Source: the human T2T-CHM13v2.0 reference genome, Homo sapiens. Taken from it: DNA of 64,000 nucleotides. Positions 26,601 to 41,600 of this stretch are shown here, in pieces. The stretch is from the NCBI RefSeq assembly GCF_009914755.1, contig NC_060933.1; one strand, 5' to 3'. Under the pieces are notes generated by a model that ran no database searches, was not told the origin of the DNA, and was given only the letters and a program-made list of their open reading frames with translations. Both the position numbers and the translations under genes were made by a program. The number at the start of each line of letters is the position of its first letter. The stretch's first letter is position 1.

Positions 26601-29600
26601 CCCTGTATTCGGGTTGATTCCATTCCATTCCATTCCACTCCATTCGGTTCCGTTGCATTCCATTCTATTGCATTCCATTCTATTCGGGTTAATTCCATTC
26701 CATTCTATTCCATTCCATTCCATTCCATTCCATTGCAATCGAGTTGATTCCATTGCTTTGCATTCCATTCCATTCCATTCCATTCCATTCCGGATGATTC
26801 CATTCCATTGCATTCCATTCCATTCCATTCCCCTGCACTCGTGTTGATTCCATTCCCTTCCATTCCATTCCATTCCGTTCCATTCCATTCCATTCCATTC
26901 TATTCCGGTTAATTCCATTCCATTCCATTCCATTCCATTGCAATCGAGTTGATTCCATTCCATTCCTTTCCATTCCATTCCATTGCCTTGCATTCCACTC
27001 GGGTTGATTCCATTCCCTTCTTTCCACTCCATTACATTCCCTTCCATTCCACTCGGAATGATTGATTCCATTCCATTCCATTCCATTTCATTCCATTGCA
27101 ATCCATTCCAATCCATTCCATTCCATTCCATTCCACTCGAGTTGATTTCATTCCATTCCTTTCCATTCCATTCCATTCCTTTCCACTCGAGTTGATTCCA
27201 TTCCATTCCATTCCATTGCATTCCATTCCATGCCATTCCACTCGGGTTGATTCCATTCCTTTGCATTCCATTCCATTCCATTCCATTCTATTCCATTCCG
27301 TTGCATTCCATTCCATTACATTCGGATTGATTCTATTCAACTCCCTTACTGTCCATTACATTCCATTCCATTCGGGTTGTTCCATTCCATTCCATTCCAT
27401 TCCACTCCATTCCATTGCACTCGGGTTGATTCCATTCCATTCCATTCCATTCCATTCCATTCCATTCCGAATGATTCCATTCCATTGCATTCCGTTCCAT
27501 TACATTCCCCTGCACTCGCGTTGATTCCATTCCATTCCATTCCATTCCATTCAATTCCATTCTATTACAATTCGTTCCATTCCATTCTATTCCGTACTAT
27601 TCCATTCCATTCCATACCATTCCATTCCATTCCATTCCATTCCATTCCATTGCGTTCCATTCCGTTCCATTCCATTCCATTCTATTCGGGTTAATTCCAT
27701 TCCATTCCATTCCATTCCAATCTATACCATTCCATTCCAATCTATACCATTCCATTGCAATCGGGTTGAATCCATTGCATTTCATTCCATTCCATTCCAT
27801 TCCATTGCATTCCGGAAGATTCCATTCCATTGCATTCCATTCCATTCCATTCCCCTGCACTCGCGTTGATTCCATTCCATTCCATTCCATTCCATTCCAT
27901 TCCATTCCGTTCCATTCCATTCCATTCCATTCCATTCCATTCCATTCCATTCCTTTCCATTCCATTACGGATGATTCCATTCCATTGCATTCCATTCCAT
28001 TCCATTCCCCTGTACTCGGGTTGATTCCATTCCATTGCATTCCAATCCATGCCCTTCCACTCGTGTTCATTCCATTCTTTCCATTCCATTCAAGTTGAAT
28101 CCATTCCATTGTATTCCATTCCATTCGATTCCATTCGATTGCACTCGGGTTGATTCCATTCCATTGCATTCCATTCCATTCCATTGCATTCCATTCCGTT
28201 CCATTCCATTCCATTACATTCGGATTGATTCTATTCAATTCCCTTACATTTCATTACATTCCATTCCATTCGGGTAGTTTCCATTCCATTCCATTCCATT
28301 CATCTCCATTCCATTTCACTCGGGTTGATTCCATTCCATTGCATTCCATTCCATTCCATTCAATTCCATTCCGTTCCATTCCATTCCTTTACATTCGGAT
28401 TGACTCTATTCAACTCCCTTACTCTCCATTACATTCCATTGCATTCGGGTTGTTCCATTCCATTGCATTCCATTCCACTCCATTCCATTGCACTCGGGTT
28501 TATTCCATTCCATTCCATTCCATTCCATTCCATTCCATTCCATTCCATTCCGGAAGATTCCATTCCATTGCATTCCATTCCATTCCATTCCCCTGCACTC
28601 GCGTTGATTCCATTCCATTCCATTCCATTCCATTCCATTCCATTCCATTCCTTTCCGTTCCATTCCATTCCATTCCATTCCATTCCGTTCCGTTCCGTTC
28701 CGTTCCGTTCCGTTCCGTTCCATTCCATTCCATTGCATTCTATTCGGGTTAACTCCATTCCATTCCATTCGATTGCAATCGAGTTGATTCCATTCCATTC
28801 CATTCCATTCCATTCCATTCCATTCCATTCCTTTCCATTCCATTACGGATGATTCCATTCCATTGCATTCCATTCCATTCCATTCCCCTGTACTCGGGTT
28901 GATTCCATTCCATTCCATTCCAATCCATGCCATTCCACTCGTGTTGATTCCATTCTTTCCATTCCATTCAAGTTGAATCCATTCCATTGCATTCCATTCC
29001 ATTCCATTCCCCTGCAGTCGGGTTGATTCCATTCCATTCCATTCCATTCCACTCCATTCCATTCCATTCCATTCCATTATATTTTATTCGGGTTAATTCC
29101 ATTCCATTCCATTCCATTCCATTCCATTCCATTACAATCGAGTTGATTCCACTCCATTCCATTCCATTCCAGTCCTTTCCATTCCAATCCACTCGGGTTG
29201 ATTCCATTCTATTAGTTTCCATTCCATTCCATTCCCTTCCATTCCACTCTGGTTGATTCCATTCCTTTCCATTCCACTCGAATAGATTCCCTCCTATTCC
29301 ACTCGGAACGATTCCATTCCATTCCATTCCATTCCATTCCATTCCATTCCATTTCGTACCATTCCATTCTATTCCGTATCATTCCATTCCATTCCATTCC
29401 ATTCCATTCCATTCCATTCCATTGTACTCGGGTTGATTCCATTCCATTGCATTCCATTCCATTCCATTCCATTCCATTCCATTCCATTCCGTTGCATTCC
29501 ATTCCATTACATTCGGATTGATTCTATTCAACTCCCTTACTCTCCATTACATTCCATTCCATTCGGGTTGTTCCATTCCATTCCATTCCATTCCACTCCA

Positions 29601-32600
29601 TTCCATTGCACTCGGGTTGATTCCATTCCATTCCATTCCATTCCATTCCATTCCGGATGATTCCATTCCATTGCATTCCGTTCCATTACATTCCCCTGCA
29701 CTCGCGTTGATTCCATTCCATTCCATTCCATTCCATTCAATTCCATTCCATTACAATTCGTTCCATTCCATTCTATTCCGTACCATTCCATTCCATTCCA
29801 TACCATTCCATTCCATTCCATTCCGTTCCATTCCGTTCCATTCCATTCCATTCCATTCTATTCGGATTAATTCCATTCCATTCCATTCCATTCCATTCTA
29901 TTCCATTCCATTGCAATCGAGTTGAATCCATTGCATTTCATTCCATTCCATTCCATTCCATTCCATTCCATTCCATTCCGGAATTTTCCATTCCATTGCA
30001 TTCCATTCCATTCCATTCCATTCCGTTCCGTTCCATTCCATTCCATTCCATTCCGTTCCGTTCCATTCTATTCCACTGCATTCTATTCTGGTTAATTCCA
30101 TTCCATTCCATTCGATTGCAATCGAGTTGATTCCATTCCATTCCATTCCATTCCATTCCATTCCATTCCATTCCATTCCTTTCCATTCCATTACGGATGA
30201 TTCCATTCCATTGCATTCCATTCCATTCCATTCCCCTGTACTCGGGTTGATTCCATTCCATTCCATTCCAATCCATGCCATTCCACTCGTGTTGATTGCA
30301 TTCTTTCCATTCCATTCAAGTTGAATACATTCCATTGCATTCCATTCCATTCCATTCCCCTTCAGTCGGGTTGATTCCATTCCATTCCATTCCATTCCAT
30401 TATATTCCATTCCAATCAAGTTGATTCCATTCCATTCCATTCCATTCCATTCCATTCCATTCCACTCCATTCCAGTCCTTTCCATTCCATTCCACTCGGG
30501 TTGATTCCAATGTATTCCTTTCCATTCCATTCCATTCCATTGCAATCGAGTTGATTCCATTGCTTTGCATTCCATTCCATTCCATTCCATTCCGGATGAT
30601 TCCATTCCATTGCATTCCATTCCATTCCATTCCCCTGCACTCGGGTTGATTCCATTCCATTCCACTCCATTCCATTCCATTCCGTTCCGTTCCATTCCAT
30701 TCCATTCCATTCCATTCCATTCCGTTCCGTTCCATTCCATTCCATTCCATTCTATTCGAGTTAATTCCATTCCATTCCATTCGATTGCCATCGAGTTGAT
30801 TCCATTCCATTCCATTCCATTCCATTCCATTCCATTCCTTTCCATTCCATTACGGATGACTCTATTCCATTGCATTCCATTCCATTCCATTCCCCTGTAT
30901 TCGGGTTGATTCCATTCCATTCCATTCCACTCCATTCGGTTCCGTTGCATTCCATTCTATTGCATTCCATTCTATTCGGGTTAATTCCATTCCATTCTAT
31001 TCCATTCCATTCCATTGCAATCGAGTTGATTCCATTGCTTTGCATTCCATTCCATTCCATTCCATTCCATTCCGGATGATTCCATTCCATTGCATTCCAT
31101 TCAATTCCATTCCCCTGCACTCGTGTTGATTCCATTCCCTTCCATTCCATTCCATTCCGTTCCATTCCATTCCATTGCATTCTATTCCGGTTAATTCCAT
31201 TCCATTCCATTCCATTCCATTCCATTCCATTGCAATCGAGTTGATTCCATTCCATTCCTTTCCATTCCATTCCATTGCCTTGCATTCCACTCGGGTTGAT
31301 TCCATTCCCTTCTTTCCACTCCATTACATTCCCTTCCATTCCACTCGGAATGATTGATTCCATTCCATTCCATTCCATTTCATTCCATTGCAATCCATTC
31401 CAATCCATTCCATTCCATTCCATTCCACTCGAGTTGACTTCATTCCATTCCTTTCCATTCCATTCCATTCCTTTCCGCTCGAGTTGATTCCATTCCATTC
31501 CATTCCATTGCATTCCATTCCATGCCATTCCACTCGGGTTGATTTCATTCCTTTGCATTCCATTCCATTCCATTCTATTCCATTCCATTCCGTTGCATTC
31601 CATTCCATTACATTCGGATTGATTCTATTCAACTCCCTTACTGTCCATTACATTCCATTCCATTCGGGTTGTTCCATTCCATTCCATTCCATTCCATTCC
31701 ATTCCGTTCCGTTCCATTCCATTCCATTCCATTCCATTCCATTCCATTCCTTTCCATTCCATTACGGATGATTCCATTCCATTGCATTCCATTCCATTCC
31801 ATTCCCCTGTACTCGGGTTGATTCCATTCCATTGCATTCAAATCCATGCCATTCCACTCGTGTTGATTCCATTCTTTCCATTCCATTCAAGTTGAATCCA
31901 TTCCATTGCATTCCATTCCATTCCATTCCCCTGCAGTCGGGTTGATTCCATTCCATTCCATTCCATTCCATTCCATTCCATTCCATTCCGTTCCGTTCCA
32001 TTCCGTTCCATTCCATTCCTTTCCATTCTATTCGGGTTAATTCCATTCCATTCCATTCCATTCCATTCCATTCCATTCCAATCGAGTTGATTCCATTCCA
32101 TTCCATTCCATTCCATTCCACTCCATTCCAGTCCTTTCCATTCCATTGTACTCGGGTTGATTCCAATGTATTCCTTTCCATTCCATTCCATTCCATTGCA
32201 ATCGAGTTGATTCCATTGCTTTGCATTCCATTCCATTCCATTCCATTCCGGATGATTCCATTCCATTGCATTCCATTCCATTCCATTCCGCTGCACTCGG
32301 GTTGATTCCATTCCATTCCACTCCATTCCGTTCCATTCCATTCCATTCCATTTTATTCGGGTTAATTCCATTCCATTCCATTCCATTCCATTCCATTCTA
32401 TTCCATTCCATTCCATTACAATCGAGTTGATTCCATTCCATTCCATTCCATTCCATTCCAGTCCTTTCCATTCCATTCCACTCGAGTTGATTCCATTCTA
32501 TTAGTTACCATTCCATTCCATTCCCTTCCATTCCAATCTGGTTGATTCCATTCCTTTCCATTCCAGTCGAATACATTCCCTCCTATTCCACTCGGAACGA

Positions 32601-35600
32601 TTCCATTCCATTCCATTCCATTCCATTCCATTCCATTCCATTCCATTCCAGTTCGTTCCATTCCGTTCTATTCCGTACCATTCCATTCCATTCCATTCCT
32701 TTCCATTCCATTCCTTTCCACTCGTGTTGATTCCATTCCTTTCCATTCCATTCGGTTTGAAGGCATTCCATTCCATTCAATTCCATTCCATTCCATTCCT
32801 TTCCATTCCATTCTATTCCATTCCATTGCAATCGAGTTGAATCCATTGCCTTTCATTCCATTCCATTCCATTCCGGAAGATTCCATTCCATTGCATTCCA
32901 TTCCATTCCGTTCCCCTGCACTCGCGTTGATTCCATTCCATTCCATTCCATTCCATTCCGTTCCGTTCCATTCCATTCCATTCCATTCCATTCCATTCCG
33001 TTCCGTTCCATTCCATTCCATTCCATTCTATTCGAGTTAATTCCATTCCATTCCATTCGATTGCCATCGAGTTGATTCCATTCCATTCCATTCCATTCCA
33101 TTCCATTCCATTCCATTCCTTTCCATTCCATTACGGATGACTCCATTCCATTGCATTCCATTCCATTCCATTCCCCTGTATTCGGGTTGATTCCATTCCA
33201 TTCCATTCCACTCCATTCGGTTCCGTTGCATTCCATTCTATTGCATTCCATTCTATTCGGGTTAATTCCATTCCATTCTATTCCATTCCATTCCATTCCA
33301 TTCCATTGCAATCGAGTTGATTCCATTGCTTTGCATTCCATTCCATTCCATTCCATTCCATTCCGGATGATTCCATTCCATTGCATTCCATTCCATTCCA
33401 TTCCCCTGCACTCGTGTTGATTCCATTCCCTTCCATTCCATTCCATTCCGTTCCATTCCATTCCATTCCATTCTATTCCGGTTAATTCCATTCCATTCCA
33501 TTCCATTCCATTGCAATCGAGTTGATTCCATTCCATTCCTTTCCATTCCATTCCATTGCCTTGCATTCCACTCGGGTTGATTCCATTCCCTTCTTTCCAC
33601 TCCATTACATTCCCTTCCATTCCACTCGGAATGATTGATTCCATTCCATTCCATTCCATTTCATTCCATTGCAATCCATTCCAATCCATTCCATTCCATT
33701 CCATTCCACTCGAGTTGATTTCATTCCATTCCTTTCCATTCCATTCCATTCCTTTCCACTCGAGTTGATTCCATTCCATTCCATTCCATTGCATTCCATT
33801 CCATGCCATTCCACTCGGGTTGATTCCATTCCTTTGCATTCCATTCCATTCCATTCCATTCTATTCCATTCCGTTGCATTCCATTCCATTACATTCGGAT
33901 TGATTCTATTCAACTCCCTTACTGTCCATTACATTCCATTCCATTCGGGTTGTTCCATTCCATTCCATTCCATTCCACTCCATTCCATTGCACTCGGGTT
34001 GATTCCATTCCATTCCATTCCATTCCATTCCATTCCATTCCGAATGATTCCATTCCATTGCATTCCGTTCCATTACATTCCCCTGCACTCGCGTTGATTC
34101 CATTCCATTCCATTCCATTCCATTCAATTCCATTCTATTACAATTCGTTCCATTCCATTCTATTCCGTACTATTCCATTCCATTCCATACCATTCCATTC
34201 CATTCCATTCCATTCCATTCCATTGCGTTCCATTCCGTTCCATTCCATTCCATTCTATTCGGGTTAATTCCATTCCATTCCATTCCATTCCAATCTATAC
34301 CATTCCATTCCAATCTATACCATTCCATTGCAATCGGGTTGAATCCATTGCATTTCATTCCATTCCATTCCATTCCATTGCATTCCGGAAGATTCCATTC
34401 CATTGCATTCCATTCCATTCCATTCCCCTGCACTCGCGTTGATTCCATTCCATTCCATTCCATTCCATTCCATTCCATTCCGTTCCATTCCATTCCATTC
34501 CATTCCATTCCATTCCATTCCTTTCCATTCCATTACGGATGATTCCATTCCATTGCATTCCATTCCATTCCATTCCCCTGTACTCGGGTTGATTCCATTC
34601 CATTGCATTCCAATCCATGCCCTTCCACTCGTGTTCATTCCATTCTTTCCATTCCATTCAAGTTGAATCCATTCCATTGTATTCCATTCCATTCGATTCC
34701 ATTCGATTGCACTCGGGTTGATTCCATTCCATTGCATTCCATTCCATTCCATTGCATTCCATTCCGTTCCATTCCATTCCATTACATTCGGATTGATTCT
34801 ATTCAATTCCCTTACATTTCATTACATTCCATTCCATTCGGGTAGTTTCCATTCCATTCCATTCCATTCATCTCCATTCCATTTCACTCGGGTTGATTCC
34901 ATTCCATTGCATTCCATTCCATTCCATTCAATTCCATTCCGTTCCATTCCATTCCTTTACATTCGGATTGACTCTATTCAACTCCCTTACTCTCCATTAC
35001 ATTCCATTGCATTCGGGTTGTTCCATTCCATTGCATTCCATTCCACTCCATTCCATTGCACTCGGGTTTATTCCATTCCATTCCATTCCATTCCATTCCA
35101 TTCCATTCCATTCCGGAAGATTCCATTCCATTGCATTCCATTCCATTCCATTCCCCTGCACTCGCGTTGATTCCATTCCATTCCATTCCATTCCATTCCA
35201 TTCCATTCCATTCCTTTCCGTTCCATTCCATTCCATTCCATTCCATTCCGTTCCGTTCCGTTCCGTTCCGTTCCGTTCCGTTCCATTCCATTCCATTGCA
35301 TTCTATTCGGGTTAACTCCATTCCATTCCATTCGATTGCAATCGAGTTGATTCCATTCCATTCCATTCCATTCCATTCCATTCCATTCCATTCCTTTCCA
35401 TTCCATTACGGATGATTCCATTCCATTGCATTCCATTCCATTCCATTCCCCTGTACTCGGGTTGATTCCATTCCATTCCATTCCAATCCATGCCATTCCA
35501 CTCGTGTTGATTCCATTCTTTCCATTCCATTCAAGTTGAATCCATTCCATTGCATTCCATTCCATTCCATTCCCCTGCAGTCGGGTTGATTCCATTCCAT

Positions 35601-38600
35601 TCCATTCCATTCCACTCCATTCCATTCCATTCCATTCCATTATATTTTATTCGGGTTAATTCCATTCCATTCCATTCCATTCCATTCCATTCCATTACAA
35701 TCGAGTTGATTCCACTCCATTCCATTCCATTCCAGTCCTTTCCATTCCAATCCACTCGGGTTGATTCCATTCTATTAGTTTCCATTCCATTCCATTCCCT
35801 TCCATTCCACTCTGGTTGATTCCATTCCTTTCCATTCCACTCGAATAGATTCCCTCCTATTCCACTCGGAACGATTCCATTCCATTCCATTCCATTCCAT
35901 TCCATTCCATTCCATTTCGTACCATTCCATTCTATTCCGTATCATTCCATTCCATTCCATTCCATTCCATTCCATTCCATTCCATTGTACTCGGGTTGAT
36001 TCCATTCCATTGCATTCCATTCCATTCCATTCCATTCCATTCCATTCCATTCCGTTGCATTCCATTCCATTACATTCGGATTGATTCTATTCAACTCCCT
36101 TACTCTCCATTACATTCCATTCCATTCGGGTTGTTCCATTCCATTCCATTCCATTCCACTCCATTCCATTGCACTCGGGTTGATTCCATTCCATTCCATT
36201 CCATTCCATTCCATTCCGGATGATTCCATTCCATTGCATTCCGTTCCATTACATTCCCCTGCACTCGCGTTGATTCCATTCCATTCCATTCCATTCCATT
36301 CAATTCCATTCCATTACAATTCGTTCCATTCCATTCTATTCCGTACCATTCCATTCCATTCCATACCATTCCATTCCATTCCATTCCGTTCCATTCCGTT
36401 CCATTCCATTCCATTCCATTCTATTCGGATTAATTCCATTCCATTCCATTCCATTCCATTCTATTCCATTCCATTGCAATCGAGTTGAATCCATTGCATT
36501 TCATTCCATTCCATTCCATTCCATTCCATTCCATTCCGGAATTTTCCATTCCATTGCATTCCATTCCATTCCATTCCATTCCGTTCCGTTCCATTCCATT
36601 CCATTCCATTCCGTTCCGTTCCATTCTATTCCACTGCATTCTATTCTGGTTAATTCCATTCCATTCCATTCGATTGCAATCGAGTTGATTCCATTCCATT
36701 CCATTCCATTCCATTCCATTCCATTCCATTCCATTCCTTTCCATTCCATTACGGATGATTCCATTCCATTGCATTCCATTCCATTCCATTCCCCTGTACT
36801 CGGGTTGATTCCATTCCATTCCATTCCAATCCATGCCATTCCACTCGTGTTGATTGCATTCTTTCCATTCCATTCAAGTTGAATACATTCCATTGCATTC
36901 CATTCCATTCCATTCCCCTTCAGTCGGGTTGATTCCATTCCATTCCATTCCATTCCATTATATTCCATTCCAATCAAGTTGATTCCATTCCATTCCATTC
37001 CATTCCATTCCATTCCATTCCACTCCATTCCAGTCCTTTCCATTCCATTCCACTCGGGTTGATTCCAATGTATTCCTTTCCATTCCATTCCATTCCATTG
37101 CAATCGAGTTGATTCCATTGCTTTGCATTCCATTCCATTCCATTCCATTCCGGATGATTCCATTCCATTGCATTCCATTCCATTCCATTCCCCTGCACTC
37201 GGGTTGATTCCATTCCATTCCACTCCATTCCATTCCATTCCATTCCATTCCATTCTATTGTATTCGGGTTAATTCCATTCTATTCCATTCCATTCCATTC
37301 CATTCCATTCCATTCCATTCCATTGCAATCGAGTTGATTCCATTCCATTCCATTCCATTCCAGTCCTTTCCATTCCATTCCTCTCGGGTTGATTCCATTC
37401 TATTAGTTTCCATTCCATTCCATTCCCTTCCATTCCACTCTGGTTGATTCCATTCCTTTCCATTCCACTCGAATACATTCCCTCCTATTCCACTCGGAAC
37501 GATTCCATTCCATTCCATTCCATTCCATTCCATTCCATTCCATTGTACTCGGGTTTATTCCATTCCATTGCATTCCATTCCATTCCATTCCATTCCATTC
37601 CTTTGCATTCCATTCCATTACATTCGGATTGATTCTATTCAACTCCCTTACTCTCCATTACATTCCATTCCATTCGGGTTGTTCCATTCCATTCCATTCC
37701 ATTCAACTCCATTCCATTGCACTCGGGTTGATTCCATTCCATTCCATTCCATTCCATTCCATTCCATTCCATTCCATTCCGAATGATTCCATTCCATTGC
37801 ATTCCGTTCCATTACATTCCCCTGCACTCGCGTTGATTCCATTCCATTCCATTCCATTCCATTCCATTCCATTCAATTCCATTCCATTACAATTAGTTCC
37901 ATTCCATTGTATTCCGTACCATTCCATTGCATTCCGTACCATTCCATTCCATTCTATTCGGGTTAATTCCATTCCATTCCATTCCATTCCATTCTATTCC
38001 ATTCCATTGCAATCGAGTTGAATCCATTGCATTTCATTCCATTCCATTCCATTCCATTCCATTCCATTACGGAAGATTCCATTCCAATTCATTCCATTCC
38101 ATTCCATTCCCCTGCACTCGCGTTGATTCCATTCCATTCCATTCCATTCCAATCCATTCCATTCCGTTCCGTTCCATTCCTTTCCGTTCCATTCCATTCC
38201 ATTCCATTCCTTTCCGTTCCATTCCATTCCATTCCATTCTATTCGGGTTAATTCCATTCCATTCCATTCGATTGCAATCGAGTTGATTCCATTCCATTCC
38301 ATTCCATTCCATTCCATTCCATTCCTTTCCATTCCATTACGGATGATTCCATTCCATTGCATTCCATTCCATTCCATTCCCCTGTACTCGGGTTGATTCC
38401 ATTCCATTCCATTCCAATCCATGCCATTTCGCTCTTGTTGATTCCATTCTTTCCATTCCATTCAAGTTGAATTCATTCCATTGCATTCCATTCCATTCGA
38501 TTCCATTCGATTCCACTCGGGTTGATTCCACTCCATTGCATTCCATTCCATTCCATTTCATTCCATTCCATTCCTTTCCATTCCATTCCATTCCATTCCT

Positions 38601-41600
38601 TTCCATTCCATTCCATTCCATTCCATTCCATTGCAATCGAGTTGATTCCATTCCATTCCTTTCCATTCCATTCCATTGCCTTGCATTCCAGTCGGGTTGA
38701 TTCCATTCCCTTCTTTCCACTCCATTACATTCCCTTCCATTCCACTCGGAATGATTGATTCCATTCCATTCCATTCCATTTCATTCCATTGCAATCCATT
38801 CCAATCCATTCCATTCCATTCCATTCCACTCGAGTTGATTTCATTCCATTCCTTTCCATTCCATTCCATTCCTTTCCACTCGAGTTGATTCCATTACATT
38901 CCATTCCATTGCATTCCGTTCCATGCCATTCCACTCGGGTTGATTCCATTCCATTCCATTCCATTCCATTCAATTCCGTTGCATTCCATTCCATTCCTTT
39001 CCCCTGCACTCGGGTTGATTCCATTCCATTCCATTCCATTTAATTCTATTCCATTCCATTCCATTCCATTCCAATCCGTTCCATTCCATTCCATTCTATT
39101 CCATTGCAATCGACTTGATTCCATTCCATTCCATTCCATTCCATTCTATTCCATTCCGTTCCATTCCATTCCATTTTTTTCCAATCCATTCTATTCCGAA
39201 CCATTCCATTCCATTCCATTCCATTCCATTCCATTCCATTCCAGCCATTCCACTCGGGTTGATTCCATTCCTTTCCATTCCATTCGGGTTGAATCCATTC
39301 CACTCCATTCCATTCCATTCGAATCCATTCCATTGCACTCGGGTTGATTCCATTCCATTCCATTCCATTCGATTCCATTCCATTCCATTCCATTCCGTTC
39401 CATTCCATTGCATTACATTCACATTGATTCTATTCAATTCCCTTACACTCCATTATATTCCAATCCATTCTGGTTGTTTCCATTCCATTCCATTCCATTT
39501 CACTCCATTCCATTGCACTCGGTTTGATTCCATTCCATTCCATTCCATTCCATTCCGGATGATTCCATTCCATTGCATTCCATTCCATTCCATTCCCCTG
39601 CACTCAGGTTGATTCCATTCCATTCCATTCCACTCCATTCGGTTCCATTCCATTCCATTCTATTGCATTCCATTCTATTCGGGTTAATTCCATTCCATTC
39701 TATTCCATTCCATTCCATTCCATTCCATTGCAATGGAGTTGATTCCATTCCATTCCATTCCATTCCGGATGATTCCATTCCATTGCATTCCATTCCATTC
39801 CATTCCCCTGCACTCGTGTTGATTCCATTACCTTCCATTCCATTCCATTCCGTTCCATTCCATTGCATTCCATTCTATTCCGGTTAATTCCATTCCATTC
39901 CATTCCATTCCATTCCATTGCAATCGAGTTGATTGCATTCCATTCCTTTCCATTCCATTCCATTGCCTTGCATTCCAATCGGATTGATTCCATTCCCTTC
40001 TTTCCACTCCATTACATTCCCTTCCATTCCACTCGGAATGATTGATTCCATTCCATTCCATTCCATTTCATTCCGTTGCAATCCATTCCAATCTATTCCA
40101 TTCCATTCCATTCCAGTCGAGTTGATTTCATTCCATTCCTTTCCATTCCATTCCATTCCTTTCCACTCGAGTTGATTCCATTCCATTCCATTCCATTGCA
40201 TTCCATTCCATGCCATTCCACTCGGGTTGATTCCATTCCTTTGCATTCCATTCCATTCCATTCCATTCCATTCCATTCCATTCCGTTGCATTCCATTCCA
40301 TTACATTCGGATTGATTCTATTCAACTCCCTTACTCTCCATTACATTCCATTCCATTCGGGTTGTTCCATTCCATTCCATTCCATTCCACTCCATTCCAT
40401 TGCACTCGGGTTGATTCCATTCCATTCCATTCCATTCCATTCCATTCCATTCCATCCCGGATGATTCCATTCCATTGCATTCCGTTCCATTACATTCCCC
40501 TGCACTCGCGTTGATTCCATTCCATTCCATTCCATTCCATTCAATTCCATTCCATTACAATTCGTTCCATTCCATTCTATTCCGTACCATTCCATTCCAT
40601 TCCATACCATTCCATTCCATTCCATTCCATTCCATTCCATTCCAATCCATTCCGTTCCATTCCGTTCCATTCCATTCCATTCGATTCTATTCGGGTTAAT
40701 TCCATTCCATTCCATTCCATTCCATTCCGTTCCGTTCCGTTCCGTTCCATTCCATTCCATTCCATTCCGTTCCGTTCCGTTCCATTCCATTCCATTCCAT
40801 TCTATTCGGGTTAATTCCATTCCAATCCATTCGATTGCAATCGTGTTGATTCCATTCCATTCCATTCCATTCCATTCCATTCCTTTCCATTCCATTACGG
40901 ATGATTCCATTCCATTGCATTCCATTCCATTCCATTACCCTGTACTCGGGTTGATTCCATTCCATTCCATTCCAATCCATGCCATTCCACTCGTGTTGAT
41001 TCCATTCTTTCCATTCCATTCAAGTTGAATCCATTCCATTGCATTCCATTCCATTCGATTCCATTCGATTTCAGTCGGGTTGATTCCATTCCGTTGCATT
41101 CCATTCCATTCCATTCCATTCCATTCCATTCCATTCCGTTCCATTCCATTCCATTACATTCGGATTTATTCTATTCAATTCCCTTACACTCCATTACATT
41201 CCATTCCATTCGGGTAGTTTCCATTCCATTCCATTCCATTCCTCTCCATTCCATTGCACTCGGGTTGATTCCATTGCATTGCATCCCATTCCATTCCATT
41301 CAATTCCATTCCGTTCCATTCCATTCCATTACTTTCGGATTGATTTTATTCAACTCCCTTAGTCTCCATTACATTCCATTCCATTCGGGTTGTTCCATTC
41401 CATTCCATTCCATTCCACTCCATTCCATTGCACTCGGGTTTATTCCATTCCATTCCAATCCATTCCATTCAATTCCATTCCATTCCGGAAGACTCCATTC
41501 CATTGCATTCCATTCCATTCCATTCCCCTGCACTCGCGTTGATTCCATTCCATTCCATTCCATTCCATTCCATTCCATTCCATTCCATTCCCTTCCTTTC

